Virus record (IMG/VR): IMGVR_UViG_3300017707_001811
Coordinates: 37,573-101,572 of that record
Length of the DNA: 64,000 nucleotides
Source of the DNA: a virus
Lineage: Duplodnaviria > Heunggongvirae > Uroviricota > Caudoviricetes
Strand: one strand, 5' to 3'
Shown here piece after piece: positions 19,753 to 29,714 of the stretch (within the stretch, counting starts at the first letter, position 1; each line of letters starts with the position of its first letter). Both the position numbers and the translations under genes were made by a program. The notes below the pieces were generated by a model, which saw only the letters and a program-made list of their open reading frames with translations, was not told the DNA's origin and did no database searches.

Positions 19753-21936
19753 ATGGGATTAATATATTATAACATATCAACAGTAGGTGATTGTTCAAAC
19801 ACATCATCGGGGTCGTTTAGTTTATCAGTTAGTGGGGATTCTCCACCATTTAATATTACATGGATATCGCCAATTTCAGGACTAACGTTTTCATCTCAAA
19901 CAATTACAACAAATCCTTATGTTGTTAATAGTTTGAGTGCTGGAACCTACGCATTTCAACTAACAGATTCATCTTTATTAACATCGGCTAGTACTGTAAT
20001 AGGTTCCGTATCCATAGTCTCATCAACAACTATTAATTTAGGAGTATTTAAGGATACTACCTGTGGACAAAATAACGGGATTATTACTGCTAATACCCCA
20101 ACAAATTTTATATCAAATACAGTTTCTTTATTTAAAGATGGTGAATTATATGAAACACAAAGTGGTGGTGGAACTATATTTAGTTTTATAAATTTAGGTC
20201 CTGGTATTTATTATTCTAATGTCGAATCTGAAGGTGGATGTGTTGGAACTAGTGATTCTGTAATTATTCACGGTTCTGAAACTTTAGATTTTGAATTATA
20301 TGTTATTAATAATCCTGCGTGTTTATTAAACAATGGTAAGATATACGTAACAGGATTAACTGGAACACCACCATTTACGTATGAATGGTCAACTAATGTA
20401 CCATCAGGACAAACATCTTATTTTGTAACAGGGTTAACTAGAAATAATTATAGTGTAACTGTAACTGATTATTATGGATGTAGTTTAACTAAGGGTGTTT
20501 TTGTTGATAATGCAAGTCCAATTAGTTTAGTTAATTATTCGGTAGTACAACCTACTTGTTTACAAAGCGACGGCTCAATAACTTTCACAATATCAGGAGG
20601 TAGTGCCCCATATTATTATTTATTAAGTAATGGATATGGAGTCGTTAGTTATTCAGAACAAATAACATTTTCAGGTTTATCTTCAGGTTTATATGAATTA
20701 AATGTAACTGATGTTAGTTTGTGTACATTTAAAACAAATGCTAGATTAAGTACACCTAACACTTTTTCAGTTGTTTCTATAACTTCTGAAAATTCAAAAT
20801 GTGGTTATAAAAATGGTTCAGTTACCGTACAATTAAATGGAGGGGCTCCACCATATTTAATGTCGTTAATAAATTCTCAGGGTACCGAAATAAACATAAG
20901 TTCAACATTAACAAATACAACCTTTAATTCATTAAGTTCTGATACCTATACTTTATTAATTAGGGACTCATTTAGTGCTTGTACTTATAGTGGAAGTACT
21001 GTTATTACTAACAATCCTTCTTATGATTTTTCAGTTAATTCTACGGGTACTACTTGTGGTAACAATGACGGGATAATACAAATATCAATAATAAGCGCCA
21101 GTACTACTGGTAATTCTTATACTTATTCACTTAGTAATGGAAGTTCATCAGTTGATACCACTGCAACAACATATACTTTTACTGGTGTTTCTGCGGGTAA
21201 TTATGAAATTTCTGTGGTAAATTCCGAACAATGTAAACAATTAGATTATGCGGTAGTAAGTAATTCGGAACCATATTCCATATTTATGTATCCGTCAACA
21301 TGCTATAGAGGTACTGATGGTACAATACAAGTTTTAATTGAAGAATCTGACGGTCCATTTAATTTAACTTGGAGTGATAATGTTAATGGACAGACTGGTA
21401 TGTACATTACAGGATTAACTGCTGGAACATACTATTTAACCGTAAGTGGAGAAACAGGGTGTCAACAATTATTAAGTACTGATATAGTATGTGTACCATC
21501 AACCTCAACAACCTACTCATTTACATACGGTAGTGGGGTTAGAGAGTATAGTCCTTCATCAAAATTAAGTTTAAAAAATATGCTTTATTCGGGATATTCT
21601 TCGTTAGTTACGGATGCTGAATATTGTAAATTAAACAGTGCTGAATTTAGTTTGAAAGTTACGATTGATTCAACTGACTACACATTCCCATTCTATTATA
21701 CAACCACTTTCGATAGAATACCTACACTATCTTATTTTTCAGGTATTTTGGAAAATGCGATATTGAGTATTCCATATATTACAGATTGTACAGTTGATGC
21801 TGTTAATGGTTCTATTGAAATTGAATCTGAAGTTGTTGGAGGGGTTGAATACTATAAAGATGAGACAATAACATTTGATATCTTAATAGATTATGATATT
21901 AGTTGTTTGTCGATAAATGATATTGTTTGTCCATAA
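19753..21936 (+). CDS. Virion protein built of SprB-like repeats
   Basis: Repeated TC.x3.[ND]G.I.v.i.GG.pPY units, e.g. [21 protein letters not shown] and [21 protein letters not shown]. Confidence 0.75.
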   Translation: MGLIYYNISTVGDCSNTSSGSFSLSVSGDSPPFNITWISPISGLTFSSQTITTNPYVVNSLSAGTYAFQLTDSSLLTSASTVIGSVSIVSSTTINLGVFKDTTCGQNNGIITANTPTNFISNTVSLFKDGELYETQSGGGTIFSFINLGPGIYYSNVESEGGCVGTSDSVIIHGSETLDFELYVINNPACLLNNGKIYVTGLTGTPPFTYEWSTNVPSGQTSYFVTGLTRNNYSVTVTDYYGCSLTKGVFVDNASPISLVNYSVVQPTCLQSDGSITFTISGGSAPYYYLLSNGYGVVSYSEQITFSGLSSGLYELNVTDVSLCTFKTNARLSTPNTFSVVSITSENSKCGYKNGSVTVQLNGGAPPYLMSLINSQGTEINISSTLTNTTFNSLSSDTYTLLIRDSFSACTYSGSTVITNNPSYDFSVNSTGTTCGNNDGIIQISIISASTTGNSYTYSLSNGSSSVDTTATTYTFTGVSAGNYEISVVNSEQCKQLDYAVVSNSEPYSIFMYPSTCYRGTDGTIQVLIEESDGPFNLTWSDNVNGQTGMYITGLTAGTYYLTVSGETGCQQLLSTDIVCVPSTSTTYSFTYGSGVREYSPSSKLSLKNMLYSGYSSLVTDAEYCKLNSAEFSLKVTIDSTDYTFPFYYTTTFDRIPTLSYFSGILENAILSIPYITDCTVDAVNGSIEIESEVVGGVEYYKDETITFDILIDYDISCLSINDIVCP

Positions 21937-22949
21937 TGGGATTAATTACAATAAATGATATTTCAGGTATACCACCTTATAATGTAAGTGTATGTGACAT
22001 TAATGAATTTTCATGTGTATATGTTACAACAATAACACAATATGTACCACCTTCAGTTGAGTTTAATTTGCCATCAGAATTTATCATGGCTCCAATTGTT
22101 TTAATTAAAATAGTTGACTCAACTGGATGTGTATTTACTTCTCAGTATCAATGTTTTACATCACCAACCCCGACACCATCTATTACCCCTTCTATTACAC
22201 CTACAATAAGTATTACACCTACAAACACACCTACAATAAGTATTACACCTACAAACACACCTACAATAAGTATTACACCAACAATAACATCAACCCCCAC
22301 AATTACACCGTCAGTTACTCCGACATATACCCCAACTCCGTCAGTTACACCTACAAATACACCAACACCATCAATATCTTCACCACCATCTTTTATAAGT
22401 GCGATTTTATTTATTGAACCATATTCTGGTTCGACCGATATTGGACAATGGATGTATGATAAAGGATTATCATTTTACGGATTTACAAATGGTAGACAAC
22501 CTGCAACTAATCAAACAGATTTTAATATACAATTTAATAATTATGTTGACTTTTCAGGTTGGACAAGTGGCTCATTCCCTCAGAAATTTTACTCAGATGT
22601 GCCATCGACTTCAGGAGGAGTTGACGATTATGGTAATCCTATTGTTAAATATAACTTTAAAACCATGTCAATACCTGCAAATACTGTAGAAGACCAATCA
22701 TGGTATACATGGATAATACCAACTGGACTGACAAATGGATTAATACAAAAAGAAATTGATGTAAGTATTGATAACCCAAATGTGTTAACTAGTACTTTAA
22801 TGGAATCAACAATTTACGCTTATACATTTACATATACAGGAAATACAATTCCAAGAGCGACATATAGAGTTTATACGTCATTCCCATCATCAAATTTCCA
22901 ACTAAAAAATTCAACAAATATATATTTTAGAGGAAGTGTAGTTGGGTGA
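21936..22949 (+). CDS. Virion protein: small Cys-containing Ig-like domain, Pro/Thr linker, C-terminal domain
   Basis: Start moved to ATG 21936 (TAATG overlap with upstream stop); [10 protein letters not shown] repeats in the middle. Confidence 0.65.
   Translation: MGLITINDISGIPPYNVSVCDINEFSCVYVTTITQYVPPSVEFNLPSEFIMAPIVLIKIVDSTGCVFTSQYQCFTSPTPTPSITPSITPTISITPTNTPTISITPTNTPTISITPTITSTPTITPSVTPTYTPTPSVTPTNTPTPSISSPPSFISAILFIEPYSGSTDIGQWMYDKGLSFYGFTNGRQPATNQTDFNIQFNNYVDFSGWTSGSFPQKFYSDVPSTSGGVDDYGNPIVKYNFKTMSIPANTVEDQSWYTWIIPTGLTNGLIQKEIDVSIDNPNVLTSTLMESTIYAYTFTYTGNTIPRATYRVYTSFPSSNFQLKNSTNIYFRGSVVG
22197..22279 (+). repeat. Perfect 30-bp tandem repeat (~2.8 copies) encoding [10 protein letters not shown]
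   Basis: acacctacaataagtattacacctacaaac at 22197 and 22227, plus a partial copy at 22257. Confidence 0.95.
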
Positions 22950-22964
22950 TAATTATATAATAGT

Positions 22965-25900
22965 ATGTCAAATTTTCCATATAAAAAATCTATTTCGCCA
23001 ATACAATTACTCGGAACACAATCAGTTAACCGAGAAGCGACCTATGGTACTCATTTTAGTACTGATGGTATCGGTGGATACATGGAAGTTTTTAATGTAA
23101 CTGATTTAATTTTTACGATACCAACAGGACAAACAGGTTCAATTGAATATACTGGTAATACAATTCCTGTAAATTTATTGAAAGGAGGTGCTGGACCATT
23201 TTCAACTGACGTTTTAACTCTAAACCCTGATAATATATCTTCAGGTAGAAGAAAACTTGGGATGTTAGTTTATGTTTATGAATATGACCAAGTTTACCAA
23301 TTTGCAATAGATAACTACGAAACACTTTGGAATAACGCCACTGGGGCAACAAATACCGTTGTTATTTCTGAATATGGAACAACCGTAAATACCTCAACAC
23401 CTGAAGGACAACTTTTAGTATCATCATGGACCGCAAATACAATTGATGGGGTAAGTGGTGTAACAAGAAGTAATGCGGTTTGGAAAAAATATTATGGTAC
23501 TAATTTGGCGGTTACGGGAGGTTCTTTTAACGGAGTAACTGGAACCTTAACTCTTACTAATATAACAGGTGGTACACAAAATATTACTGGATTTGGTTCA
23601 GGTGGAGGTGGAGGAGCTCCAATTACAGGAGGTACTTTTGATAGTAGTAATTTAGAATTAGATTTAACTTCTTCAGCGGGAACAATAACTGTTACAGGTG
23701 TAACAGGATTGTATATTTCGGCAGGAACATATAGTAGTGGAAATACAACATTATCATTATCAAACTCAACTGGTGGAACAATAACCATCACAGGTTTTAG
23801 TCAAACATTTTCAGGAGGGTCAGGAAATTGTATCAACCAATTATATTTGAATGAAATTTACCCATGCACTTCTGATATAAAAATTCAACCACTGTCAACA
23901 GGTAGAGTTTACTTTGGAAATAACAGTGGGGCTTCAGGTTTAACAATTGACTTTAATTCAGAAACGGCTCAAAAATCTGCAAGATTAGGATTAAACATAA
24001 ACAATCCTGAATATACATTTGATTTTAAGAGTTTTGATAGAAAATCGGGATTTTTCTTTAGAGATGACATAGTGGCACCATTTGGTGATTGGAAACAAAT
24101 TGCAATTTCAGGAGATACTGATAATGTATTAATGTATACTTCTTTTCAGCCTGATGCCTCAGGAAGTTTAGGGCCACATGGTATTGCAATTGGGTCAAGA
24201 GGATATGGTAATTCTAGTACTACAACAAATAACTCTTTAGGAAGAACTGGTGACACATTTGTGTTTGCCTTTTCAAATACAAATGGGTTAAATATTATTA
24301 ATGGACCTGGAACAAATACTGATGATTATATAAGATTTTATGCTGGTCAAACTGTAGGTAGTAATACTCCTGATGTTCATATACAAGGTAGTGGGTCAAC
24401 AAGAGGATTTGTAGGGATAGGAACTACTGCAGTAACAAACCCATTACATGTTTATGCAACTTCTAATCCATTGAGATTAGAGGGTCTACAATCGTCCGCT
24501 AATACAAGATTTTTAGTTGCCAATTCAGACGGTGTTGTAACTTACACAACAACCGCACCTAGTGGAGGAGGAGGATTTAGTGCCGTATCTATTAATAATG
24601 TGGTACAATTTGACACAAGTGCGTCACAAACTATTAATTTCAGTGGTGTTAATATAAACATAACTTCCGCATCTACTAACACATTAGTCTTTAGTGGAGG
24701 AGGTGTTACCGTACCTGGCTCAAATAATCAAGTATTAACCTCAAATGGGTCAGGAGGAATTGTTGCTGAGTCATTGTTAACTTTTGATGGATTAGCATCA
24801 TCTCCACCATTAAATGTGAATGGAATAACTATATGGAGAGGGAAAAACAACTCAAGTAAAAGTATTGGTATTGGGCCCCTAACTTTAAATAACACAACAA
24901 GTGGTGTTGCAAATATTGCTATTGGTCCAGGGTCACAAACTAATACAAATACTGGATACAATAATATAAGTATAGGTCTTTCATCGTTATCTGCAAACAC
25001 ATCAGGAAATCGAAATATTGCGATAGGTACATACGCAATGAACCTAAATAGTGGTGGATATGGTAACGTTGCGATAGGAGATAGGTCTTTATACAAACAC
25101 TATATAGGGGACTTTAATATAGCTATAGGGGCTAGTTCTCTATATTATAGTGACACTAATTCTTCAGGAACTGATTTTAATATTGCTATAGGTAGATGTG
25201 CAATGTTTTATAATTCAGGTGGAACTGAAAACATTGCTATAGGTAGAAGAGCTTTGGCAGGTAACAATCCTAATAAGCAGTTTGGTAATTTTAACATAGC
25301 CTTAGGGAGAGGAAGTTTATATCAAAATTATAACGGTGACTATAACATTGCTATAGGTAGAAGTTCACTATATTCTAATAGTACTGGTTTACACAACGTT
25401 GCGATTGGTAGGAATTCTAATGGTGAAAATACAACAGGAAATAATAATATATCTATAGGGTATAATTCATTATATTATAATACAACAGGGTTAGGAAATG
25501 TATCAATCGGAGCTGACAGTTTATACAGTAATGTATATGGTAACCATAATGTTTCTATAGGTTATCTTTCAGGTAAAAACAGCGCTGGTAGTAGAAATGT
25601 ATTCATTGGTAGAGAGTCAGGATTTAATGAAGTTAATTCTGATAGATTACACATTGCTAATTGCCAGACTAGGATACCACTAATTTTTGGTGAATTTGAC
25701 ACTAACAGATTAGGTATCAATACAACAACTGTAACTAATACTCTTCATGTTTCGGCAACTACACATCCTGTTAGATTTGAAGGATTACAATCTTCTGCAA
25801 ATACAAGATATTTGGTGGCGAATTCTGATGGAGTAGTAACGTATGTTACAGGTACAACAGGTTCATTCTCAGGAGATTATTTACCTTTAAGTGGGGGAAC

Positions 25901-26429
25901 AGTTACTGGAGGAACTTCTTTTACTGCGGGACTGACTGCAAATACTATTTCAGCAACAACGTATTTAAATTTACCAATCGACCCTGATACGTATGTTACA
26001 GGTTTTACTTTAAATTCTAATACGGTAACCCTATCTCAAAATAGAAATGACCAATATTCAGCGTTTACAATAAATTTATCTGCATATACAGGAAATACAG
26101 GACTAAGTTATTATACGGCAACAACAATAGGTGATGGTGTTATAGATACTATTGATACTACAATTGGATATAGACAAGTTAGTTATGATTATACTTTAAC
26201 AAGTAATAATGGCTCAATAAGAAGTGGAACTTTTACTGCGAATTGGAATACAGGTTTAACAATTATTAATTATTATGATGCTGGACCATCCGAAATTATG
26301 GAGTCAACTGATGTTATTGATAATCTTTCAGCAATTATAAATGGTACTGATATAGATATAACCTTATCAGTCACACCTAATACTGAAACATGGGTGTTTA
26401 AATCACTTAAAAAACTTATGCCTGTATGA
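22965..26429 (+). CDS. Tail fibre / adhesin with YadA-head-like (NxAIG) beta-roll repeats
   Basis: About 14-residue N-x-[AS]-I-G repeats in residues ~650-900; Gly/Thr-rich shaft; internal duplicated module LHV.AT..P.R.EGLQSSANTR.LVANSDGVVTY. Confidence 0.75.
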   Translation: MSNFPYKKSISPIQLLGTQSVNREATYGTHFSTDGIGGYMEVFNVTDLIFTIPTGQTGSIEYTGNTIPVNLLKGGAGPFSTDVLTLNPDNISSGRRKLGMLVYVYEYDQVYQFAIDNYETLWNNATGATNTVVISEYGTTVNTSTPEGQLLVSSWTANTIDGVSGVTRSNAVWKKYYGTNLAVTGGSFNGVTGTLTLTNITGGTQNITGFGSGGGGGAPITGGTFDSSNLELDLTSSAGTITVTGVTGLYISAGTYSSGNTTLSLSNSTGGTITITGFSQTFSGGSGNCINQLYLNEIYPCTSDIKIQPLSTGRVYFGNNSGASGLTIDFNSETAQKSARLGLNINNPEYTFDFKSFDRKSGFFFRDDIVAPFGDWKQIAISGDTDNVLMYTSFQPDASGSLGPHGIAIGSRGYGNSSTTTNNSLGRTGDTFVFAFSNTNGLNIINGPGTNTDDYIRFYAGQTVGSNTPDVHIQGSGSTRGFVGIGTTAVTNPLHVYATSNPLRLEGLQSSANTRFLVANSDGVVTYTTTAPSGGGGFSAVSINNVVQFDTSASQTINFSGVNINITSASTNTLVFSGGGVTVPGSNNQVLTSNGSGGIVAESLLTFDGLASSPPLNVNGITIWRGKNNSSKSIGIGPLTLNNTTSGVANIAIGPGSQTNTNTGYNNISIGLSSLSANTSGNRNIAIGTYAMNLNSGGYGNVAIGDRSLYKHYIGDFNIAIGASSLYYSDTNSSGTDFNIAIGRCAMFYNSGGTENIAIGRRALAGNNPNKQFGNFNIALGRGSLYQNYNGDYNIAIGRSSLYSNSTGLHNVAIGRNSNGENTTGNNNISIGYNSLYYNTTGLGNVSIGADSLYSNVYGNHNVSIGYLSGKNSAGSRNVFIGRESGFNEVNSDRLHIANCQTRIPLIFGEFDTNRLGINTTTVTNTLHVSATTHPVRFEGLQSSANTRYLVANSDGVVTYVTGTTGSFSGDYLPLSGGTVTGGTSFTAGLTANTISATTYLNLPIDPDTYVTGFTLNSNTVTLSQNRNDQYSAFTINLSAYTGNTGLSYYTATTIGDGVIDTIDTTIGYRQVSYDYTLTSNNGSIRSGTFTANWNTGLTIINYYDAGPSEIMESTDVIDNLSAIINGTDIDITLSVTPNTETWVFKSLKKLMPV

Positions 26430-27829
26430 GTAATACTTTAGAAGTAAGAGGTAGTTTAAATAGTAATAATTTAATTTACTCTAATAGTGTTAGTGCAAAT
26501 ACTATTAGTGCTTCTACTTTTTTTGGTAATTTAAATGCATCATATGTTGGAAACAATGATGTTAACAACACAGAGTTTGGATATGTTAGTGGGGTTACAT
26601 CTAATATACAAGAACAATTAAATAGTATACCTGATGCGTCCCTCCCACTATTAACTTATAGTTCAAGTACTCTTTTAACCAATGATAGAGTAATTACCGC
26701 TGGTGAAAATATTATTTTACAAGATGACGGTAACAATCTATCAATGTCGATGGATATTGGGGTTTTAGATGTTAATGAGATTACAGTAACACCATTAAGT
26801 GCTCAAACCGACTACAACCCAACAGGATGGAATTCAACTTATCCTAACAAATCTACAGTAATTACATTAACACCAAGTGCCGCAACAATCATCTCAGGAT
26901 TTGAAGGGGGTGAAGAAGGTAGAGTTTTAATAGTTAGAAACTTAGGTAGATTTTTAGTTATATTAGAACATTTAAGTAGTAAAAATTCATCTAGTTCAAA
27001 TAGAATGTCGTTCGCAAGAAATGGAGGATGTTTTTTAGTACCATGGAAAACTGTGACATTAATTTATAATTCAACAACCTCGTTATGGGAAGAAAGTACC
27101 GAAACTGAAGGACCCTATAATGATTTTTCAATTTTTACTGACTTTGCCAATGCTCCATTATCACTCCAAATTGTTGGAGGAGGTGGGTTTTCTCCATTTG
27201 GAGGGTTTGCGTTTTATAATAAAGGTGGAACCACACAAATAATACAAACTGGAGATACAGATAGTTTTGGTGCGGTTTTTTTTGGAGGAGCGACTAATGT
27301 ATCACAATATTTTTCTTGGGGCCAAGGAAGAAATGTAGGTAGTGCTAATCAATTAAATGCAACAAGACTTAAATTATTAAACATCCCAACCGCCACATCT
27401 GACTATAAATTTTTAACTGGTACTGATGGTAATTATATTTCGGGTAGTTTTGAGGGGGTTTCACAGGGAGCTAAATGGAAAGTTGATAGAACAGTTTCGC
27501 CAACAAATTGGGTAATACAATACGCAACAGGACAAACCTCAAATGTGGTTTTTACAACAAATGTCCCATTAATTACGTCCGCATATACTATAGTTGGTCA
27601 CTACCAACAGGCTACTTCCGTCGCTGGTAATAACAGAAACGCTTGCTTTTTTTATTCATATGATGATAAAGATTACAGTATTGAAAGACAAATTTTGACT
27701 GGATTTATTATAGGTAGTTTAAATAATATTATGAATGTATCTATGACTGGAGGTGCCCAAGCGGCAACAAATTTAAGAGGTGTAATTATTGATTGGGTTG
27801 GATTAACTTTTTATAATGATAATGTATAA
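26426..27829 (+). CDS. Putative fibre / receptor-binding protein, paralog A
   Basis: Shares YVGNNDVNNTEFGY.SG and YxPTGWNxTYPNK blocks with the next gene. Confidence 0.6.
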   Translation: MSNTLEVRGSLNSNNLIYSNSVSANTISASTFFGNLNASYVGNNDVNNTEFGYVSGVTSNIQEQLNSIPDASLPLLTYSSSTLLTNDRVITAGENIILQDDGNNLSMSMDIGVLDVNEITVTPLSAQTDYNPTGWNSTYPNKSTVITLTPSAATIISGFEGGEEGRVLIVRNLGRFLVILEHLSSKNSSSSNRMSFARNGGCFLVPWKTVTLIYNSTTSLWEESTETEGPYNDFSIFTDFANAPLSLQIVGGGGFSPFGGFAFYNKGGTTQIIQTGDTDSFGAVFFGGATNVSQYFSWGQGRNVGSANQLNATRLKLLNIPTATSDYKFLTGTDGNYISGSFEGVSQGAKWKVDRTVSPTNWVIQYATGQTSNVVFTTNVPLITSAYTIVGHYQQATSVAGNNRNACFFYSYDDKDYSIERQILTGFIIGSLNNIMNVSMTGGAQAATNLRGVIIDWVGLTFYNDNV

Positions 27830-29226
27830 TGAGTAATATGTATAATATATATGGAGACTTAAACGTTAAGTCAGCAACAACATCATATAGTGTATCCGCA
27901 TTTACTATTAGTGCAAATACGTTTTATGGGGACTTAGACGCTACATATGTTGGTAACAATGACGTTAATAACACTGAATTTGGGTATCTATCGGGATTAA
28001 CAGGATATGTACAAACACAATTAAATTCTAAACTATTAGGTAACGTACCAATATTATCACTGTCCGCAGGAACAATATTAACAAATGAAAGAGTTTTCAC
28101 TGTTGGTGAAAATTTAATTTCAGTTGATGGAGGTGCCAATTCGACATACACAGTGTCAGGTCATATTGCATCACTAAAGGTTGGAGTTGTGGAAGATACA
28201 ATATCGGCCAACCAAAATAACTACTCACCAACTGGATGGAATGGAACTTATCCTAATAAAGCCACTCAGATTTTAATTACACCTACACAAGTTGTTAAAA
28301 TTTCAGGACTAAGTGGAGGTACTTCAGGGAGAATTGCAACAATTACTAATATCGGTAATTATTTAATTATTTTAGAGAATGAAAGTACTAATAGTAGTTC
28401 TGGTAATAGATTTTCATTTTCAATACCATTTGGATATTTTTTACCACCCAAAAAATCAATAAATTTAATATATAGTACCGCAACAACTTATTGGCATCAA
28501 ACAAATCATTCCGCAACTTTAGGTTTAGATGTATTTGAAAGATTTTATGCATTCGACTCAACAGGAGCGGTTAGACAAGCTAATAACACCGCATTCTACT
28601 ACGCCCAAGCAACTGGTACTAGTTGTACTTTTGGATTCGGAGGATATGGAGGAGCTTATATTCGTAGAGGGACGGTCGCAACAAATAGGGCTAGAGTTGG
28701 AGTTGTTGGAAATAATTTATTTGAGACAGTGAACGGTAGCTGGATTTTAACTGTGGGTAGATGGGGATTCCCAACCGTAGGAACAACTGTAGGCCCCCCA
28801 ACAACAACAAATAAATACGCAACAATAGTTGGTACACAAAACAATGATTTAAGTACTGCATATGTTACAGGACAATTAAATGGAGGTTGTTATTGGGAAG
28901 TCGATATAGATATTAATTCTTCGTTCGCCTCAATGGTTATGCAAGTTACGGGTAATTCATTACAAAGAGCAACGTCAACTTTACCATTATCATCATTATC
29001 CGCCGCGAACGCTACAGTAACAACTGGAGTATATAGTTTAAATTATAGTAGTGCAACATTTTTTTGGTCAACCAATGGAAATACTTTTACAATAGAACCC
29101 CCAATAAGTTATACTGGCGGTACTATTATGGGTTATCCAGGTATTGCTTTATTTGGTCAAGCGGGTACCTCAAATGCGGTTGGAATTGCAATTTTTAATT
29201 TAGGTAATAGTTTTGGTTCATTATAA
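27829..29226 (+). CDS. Putative fibre / receptor-binding protein, paralog B
   Basis: Tandem paralog of 26426..27829 with a divergent C-terminal half. Confidence 0.6.
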   Translation: MSNMYNIYGDLNVKSATTSYSVSAFTISANTFYGDLDATYVGNNDVNNTEFGYLSGLTGYVQTQLNSKLLGNVPILSLSAGTILTNERVFTVGENLISVDGGANSTYTVSGHIASLKVGVVEDTISANQNNYSPTGWNGTYPNKATQILITPTQVVKISGLSGGTSGRIATITNIGNYLIILENESTNSSSGNRFSFSIPFGYFLPPKKSINLIYSTATTYWHQTNHSATLGLDVFERFYAFDSTGAVRQANNTAFYYAQATGTSCTFGFGGYGGAYIRRGTVATNRARVGVVGNNLFETVNGSWILTVGRWGFPTVGTTVGPPTTTNKYATIVGTQNNDLSTAYVTGQLNGGCYWEVDIDINSSFASMVMQVTGNSLQRATSTLPLSSLSAANATVTTGVYSLNYSSATFFWSTNGNTFTIEPPISYTGGTIMGYPGIALFGQAGTSNAVGIAIFNLGNSFGSL

Positions 29227-29240
29227 AAATATTTAAAAAT

Positions 29241-29465
29241 ATGGAAGAATTAAATTTTAAATGCGAATGTTATAAATTTGAAAATTTATCAAATGAAATA
29301 GTTATAGTTGAAATCATTGATTGTGATGGTAATTATAAAAATTTAGAAATAGAACCAAATAATTCTATATACATTAAAATTTCAGGTGGATTATCGTATA
29401 ACGGACCTGAAATTTTAAAAATAAACGGTCCATTAGATGACACGGAATGCCAGCAAATTACATAA
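29241..29465 (+). CDS. Small Cys-containing hypothetical protein
   Basis: 74 aa, CECYKFEN...IIDCDG; fills the gap in the structural module. Confidence 0.55.
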   Translation: MEELNFKCECYKFENLSNEIVIVEIIDCDGNYKNLEIEPNNSIYIKISGGLSYNGPEILKINGPLDDTECQQIT

Positions 29466-29674
29466 CAATTAATAGTATAAACGGATTACCACCATACCAA
29501 ATTTATTTATGTGATGTTGGGTTTTATAGTTGTGAGTATATTACAACTATAGATGACCCTATAACTTATCCTGTTGAAATAAATTTACCTTTGAAATTTT
29601 CAGGTACCTCAAGAGTCGCAATTAAAATGGTCGATAGAAATGGGTGCGAAAATTTTAATGTCTTTATTTGTTAA
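29447..29674 (+). CDS. Small Cys-containing Ig-like virion protein (family with 37516..37740 and N-terminus of 21936..22949)
   Basis: I..I.G.PPY.i.lC......C.Y...I....P....P........iK.vD..GC pattern shared by three loci. Confidence 0.65.
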   Translation: MPANYITINSINGLPPYQIYLCDVGFYSCEYITTIDDPITYPVEINLPLKFSGTSRVAIKMVDRNGCENFNVFIC

Positions 29675-29714
29675 GTAAACTACAAAAAAAACTAAATCTT
29701 ATTATTTATATGTA

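Noticed and set aside
22127-22417. Alternative-frame ORF with [10 protein letters not shown] repeats (also 36931..37324 overlapping ORFs)
   Set aside because: Shadow frames of the Pro/Thr-coding tandem repeats.
26426-29226. Diversity-generating retroelement target
   Set aside because: No near-identical template/variable repeat pair differing at adenines and no reverse transcriptase seen.
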